Source: Torpedo marmorata
Lineage: Eukaryota
DNA: 64,000 nucleotides
Direction: 5' to 3'
NCBI GenBank assembly: GCA_977017645.1
Contig: OZ360245.1
Span: forward strand, 20,088,001 to 20,152,000
A model generated the notes under the pieces. That model worked only from the letters and a program-made list of their open reading frames with translations. It was not told the origin of the DNA and ran no database searches. Shown here one piece after another: positions 59,278 through 64,000 of the stretch (position 1 is its first letter; each line of letters begins with the position of its first letter). Both the position numbers and the translations under genes were made by a program.

Positions 59278-62200
59278 TGTTATGGACCATGGACTGACCT
59301 TTTGGACTGTGGACTGTCATTAGAAAGGATGGAATTCTGCTGAGAACTCTGTGTGACTTGTGGTACAGCTGAGTGCTGACTCACCACGGTCGAGCTGTGC
59401 AGACAGGCAGTTGGAGCGGCAGAGGGCAGCTGGAGAGCTGTGTGAAATGCACATGCCTCATAAGTGAGGAAGGGTTAAAAACCACACTTTGAGAACGAAG
59501 GGAAGTCATCTGAGGAAGCCTGAAAAAGGATTTGTAAGCTTACTGCAACGCAACATCGGTCATTTCTCTCTCCAACGTTCAATACGACGTCCTTTGTTAT
59601 CAGTTAAAGAACTGAACTTGGACATTGAACTTTGAGATTGAATTTTGTGGACTGTTTTTTGGACTGACTTACTTGACTGACTGACCTGGGGTTTTGGGAA
59701 TTTTTCCTTTTTGAATATTGGGCACAGACTGTAATAGTCTGGGTTTTTCACATACACACTGTTTATAAATATATGATATCCGTATATTTGCTATAGATAC
59801 TTATAGTGGGGTTAATTGTGTTAGGATATTATATTGTTAATAGTCATTAATAAATATAGAGTTAAAATGAAACCCTTTTGACTTGCATCTTCTGTTTTTG
59901 CTGGTTTGCGTTGAAACAAAGTGGGGGCTCATCGTCCGGGATACAAACAAATCTGGGATCTTAGAGGTCAGTTGATTAGTGATCAATCGTCTGAATCAAG
60001 CTGGAGCTTGGTGATTGATGGAATTCCAGTCTGGTCGAGGAAATTCCTTTGGTAAAGATAATTAAAAGCTAGAGTGTGTGTGAAATCAACAGCAACAAAC
60101 CAGCAGCCATGGATATAGAGGGATTCTTGGCTTTACCCTTTCTTGAGAATTTGAAAAATGCCAAAAAGCATGAGTTGGTGACTATTGCCAACAAGTTGGC
60201 AATTGCTTCAGTAGAACTACAAATGAAAAAGGTGGAGATTGGGAGGACAATTGCAAAATACTACATAGAAGAAGGAAAGTTTGACATAGAAGTGTTAGAG
60301 CAGTTTCCCAAGGGTAAAACTTCTGAGAAAATACAGTCGGAATTAAGGAGATTAGAATTGGAGGCAGCCGAAAGACAAAAGAGATTGGAAATGGAACTGA
60401 GGATATTAGAACTAGAGGCAGAGGAGAAAATTAGGCTACATAAACTGGAAAATATTAGAGTGGAAAATGACAGGAGAAAAGAAGAGACCCGAGATCAAAT
60501 TCTTGGTCGTGGTGAGAGGTTTATGGCCATTTGAGGAAGTTGAGATAGATAAATATTTTCAACATTTTGAAAAAGTGGCTGTGAATTTAAATTGGCCACA
60601 AAACCAATGTTCTCTTATGTTATAAAGTGTAATTAAAGGGAAAGCTCAACAAGCTTATTCTGCCCTTACCACAGAGTAAGCTGCTAATTATGAAATTGTG
60701 AAGAAAGCTATACTCCAGGCTTACGAGTTAGTTCCAGAGGCTTACCGATAGAAGTTCAGGAATTTAAAAAAAATCAACAACCCAATCTTATACAGATTTT
60801 GCTTATGAAAAGGTTGTGTGTTTTGACCAGTGGTGCACATCGAAGACTGTAAACAATGATTATAATCGATTGAGAGAATTGATAATAATTGAGGAGATTA
60901 AAAGATGTGATCCTGATGATATTAAAGCATACTTGGATGAGAAGGAGGTGAAAACTTGGCAGGAGTCAGCTAAGTTAGCAGATGAATATGCTTTAACACA
61001 TAAGCCTAAGTGGACGTCAGACAAAATTTTTCAAAAGTGCACTGTAGATAATCCAAGTAAGGTGGAGAGTAAATTTGGAAGTAGTATTAGGGGTGAAGAT
61101 GAATGGAAGTTGGTAAAGGAAAAACCTTCGGGTCCCCTTTGTCACTACTGTAAGAAGGCTGGTCATGTGATAGCAAGTTGTCCTGTGCTGAAAAGGAAGA
61201 GAGAAAAAGAGGTAGCACCGAATGCTTGTATTGAAAGTGAGAAGAGGTATAAAAACCAAGAAGGATCCAAATTTACTGATAAAATTAAGGATGTATTCGA
61301 ACCTTTTGTGACTGAGGGTTTGGTTTCAGTTAAAGAAGGGTTAAAACAAGTGCCAGTGAAAATCTTGCGAGATACTGGGGCTGCTCAGTCCCTTGTGTTA
61401 GACAATGGTTTGGAATTTGGTGAAGAAACTGATACAGGTGCCTAACCTTTTATCTGAAAACCTTGGGACTGGACACTTTTCGGATTTCGGATTTTTTCGA
61501 ATTATAGAGGCCGACGTCCCCGCTGCTGCCGACCCAGGAGGCTGTCGTCACCGGACCCGTTGTGATTTTGAACGCTCACGAAGTATCTGACCTGCCGGGA
61601 GGCCGACGCTGGTTCAGGTCCTGACCTGCCGGGAGGCTGACGCTGGCTTTGTTTCTGACCTGCCAGGAGGCCGACACCGTTGCTGCTCCTGACCTGCCGG
61701 GAGGCTGGTGCCGGCCCCACTTCTGCCGGGAGGCCGACGCCGTATGCATTCCTGCCGGGAGGCCGATGCCGGATTTTTTCCTGACCTGCCGGGAGGCCAA
61801 CGCTCCACCCGCTCCTGCCGGGAGGCCAACGCTCCACCCGCTCCTGCCGGGAAGCCAACGCTCCACCCGCTCCTGCCGGGAGGCTGACGCCGGTACTGCT
61901 CCTACCGGGAGGCCGAAACTGGACCCGCTCCTGCCGGGAGGCCGACAGCGGCACCGCTCCTGCATTGTGATTTGGAACGCATGCGCAGATTTCTGTCACT
62001 CTCTCTCTTCTTCAATCTCTCTCCCTCCCCAGCGACGGCAATTTGCGCATGCGTTCAAAATCGGAGGCGCTGAACAAAGGGGGGGTTGCAGCGGTGTGGA
62101 CGGGGGGGGGGGGTTGCAGTGATGTCCATACCTGTACGACGTCTCCGCTGCTGCCGGGAGGCCGATGTTCCCGACGTTCCACTAACTATCGACGCGGACC

Positions 62201-64000
62201 GACACGGGATTTTCAAGCGTGAGTTAAGTGTAGGTCGCGTCGGGTCATGTTTGGTGAGCACATGACATCCATGAAAAAAAGTTCTGTTTTTGGAGGTTTC
62301 CAGTTTTCGGAATTCCGGATAAAATGTTAGGCACCTGTACCGGCGAAATAAATTTGATTAGAGGTATCGGAAGTGATACTGAGCCCATTCCTTTACACAG
62401 AATAGTGTTAAAATAAGCCTTGGTTAATGGACCTATTAAAATAGGAGTTAGGTCGAATTTGCCAGTGGAAAGAGTCTCACTGTTGCTAGGCAATGACTTG
62501 GCGGAGGGTAAGGTTGATCCTGCAGTGCGAATGACAGCTAATGCAGTCATTGATGAGTCAGAGAGGGACTCTGATATTTACCCAGCTTGTGCTATAACAA
62601 GGGCAATGTCTAAAAAAATGTCAATGCAGATAAGACTGTGAAAAATGATTTAACGGAAAATAAAGTCTGTGATAATCAAAAACAGCATTCAGGTGGAAAT
62701 TACCTGGTAAAGGTTGAGCAATCTTCTTTATTAGACCCAAGCACTGATAGTAAACCTAAGGGTACAGATTTGTCACTATCCGGACAGGAGTTCATAGCAA
62801 GGCAAAATGAGGATCCTGATCTTGCTGAGGTGAGAGATAAGGCTCTCTCTGACGAGGAGATTAAGAAAGTGCCAGTGGGGTATTATGTCAAAGATGAAGT
62901 ATTAATGAGGAAGTGGAGACCACATGATGTTCCTGCCAGTGAAGATTGGGCAGTAGTGCAGCAGGTTGTGATCCCTAAAGCCTAAAGGGATGAAATTATA
63001 ACTTTGGCTCATAGCACACCCTTCGGTGGTCACCTTGGGATGAAGAAAACTATGGATAAGACAATGAAACAATTTTATTGGTCTAGTTTAAGAAAGGATG
63101 TTGTAAGCTTTTGCCGGGCCTGTCACACTTGTCAGGTGGTGGGTAAACCTAATCAGGGTTCCCTGGTGGCACCCTTACAACCTATTCCTGCTTTCGGTGA
63201 GCCTTTCTCGAAAGTGATTGTGGTCTGTCTTGGCCCATTGCCCAAAACCAAAGCTGGGAATCAGTATTTGTTGACAATTATGTGTGCAGCCACAAGGTTT
63301 CCGGAGGCCAGTCCTGAGAGAAACATTAAAGCACAGGCGATTGTGAAGGCTTTGTGAAGTTTTTCAGCTTGGTTGGCCTGCCTCGAGAAATTCAGTCAGA
63401 TCAAGGGAGTAATTTTATGTCAGGCTTATTCCAACAAGTGGTTTATGAATTGAGAGTTAAGCAGATTGTATCTTCTGTATACCATCCAGAGAGTCAAGGG
63501 GCCTTGGAGAGGTTCCATTTGACCCTGAAAAACATGATGAGAACTTATTGTTTTGAGAATGAAAAGGATTGGGATGAAGGGGTTCATTTGCTTTTATTTG
63601 CAGTGAGTGAGTCTGTCCAAGAATCATTTGGTTTTAGTCCATTCGAGTTGGTTTTTGGACATGAGGTGAGAGGTCCTTTAATGGTATTAAAGGAACAGTG
63701 GGTTAATAATGATGTGCATTTAAATTTGTTGGATTATGTCTTTAAATTTAAGGATCGGTTGCATAAAGCTTGTGAAATGGCAAAGGAGAATTTAAAGGCC
63801 ACTCAACAGAAGATGAAGGTTTGGTATGATCGCAAGGCAAAGATGAGAAATTTTAAACCTGGTGACAGTGTTGGTTCTGTTTCCTACACATTCAAATCCT
63901 CTTAGGGCTAGGTTTTCAGGACCATATGAAGTTAAGTCTGAAATTAATGAGGTCACTTATGTTATTGAAACGCCTAATCGCAGACGAGATACTCAGGTCT
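59278..64000 (+). mobile_element. Gypsy LTR retrotransposon, Gmr1-like (protease followed directly by integrase), degraded, runs off the window
   Basis: Putative LTR 59278-59918 (TGT...ACA, start uncertain); tRNA-Pro-like PBS TGGGGGCTCATCGTCCGGGAT at 59922; gag from 60109 with CHYCKKAGHVIASC; protease ILRDTGA; integrase AHSTPFGGHLG...CRACHTC, SDQGSNF, GALER. Confidence 0.9.
61435..62337. mobile_element. Non-autonomous Tigger-like element in the Gypsy protease region, carrying a ~29-bp GC-rich repeat array
   Basis: TIRs CAGGTGCCTAACCTTTTATC and GATAAAATGTTAGGCACCTG, TA flanks; a dozen or more CTGCCGGGAGGCCGACGC units at 61590-61960; Gypsy frame continues across it (EETDT / GEINLIRGIG). Confidence 0.92.

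Noticed and set aside
61502-62122. Repetitive ORFs (ASRQ / PPGR)
   Set aside because: Translation of the MITE-internal repeat array.
54818-64000. GOSR1 exon 5 (expected to start DYTHEF)
   Set aside because: Not found by eye; it probably lies beyond the Gypsy element.

Overview
Vertebrate nuclear DNA, most likely a cartilaginous fish (shark, ray or skate), judged from protein similarity and the repeat landscape (V-SINE, Deu-SINE, CR1, Rex/Babar, L1, Penelope). It holds the last eight coding exons and probable 3'UTR of carboxypeptidase D (CPD, + strand, 3158-15596), then the promoter and coding exons 1-4 of GOSR1 (+ strand, ATG at 21451), the same gene order as human 17q11.2. Introns are packed with transposable elements: two near-complete DD35D pogo (Passer-like) transposons, several TA-TSD and hAT MITEs (some carrying GC-rich minisatellites), a full-length BEL/Pao LTR retrotransposon (39808-47799, - strand), a Gmr1-like Gypsy element running off the window end, and many LINE, SINE and Penelope fragments. 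Best leads: (1) the BEL element has no tRNA PBS, but a 10-nt PBS-position sequence perfectly complementary to its own predicted 5' transcript end (Tf1-style self-priming), plus TG...TA termini and an N-terminal SAP-like domain; (2) a tiny TSD-flanked Penelope insertion joined to the target by exactly two GGTTAG telomere units; (3) a composite hAT unit built from two inverted MITEs; (4) MITEs sharing ends but carrying unrelated minisatellites. All calls were made by eye, and family names and comparisons with human proteins are from memory and need database confirmation.
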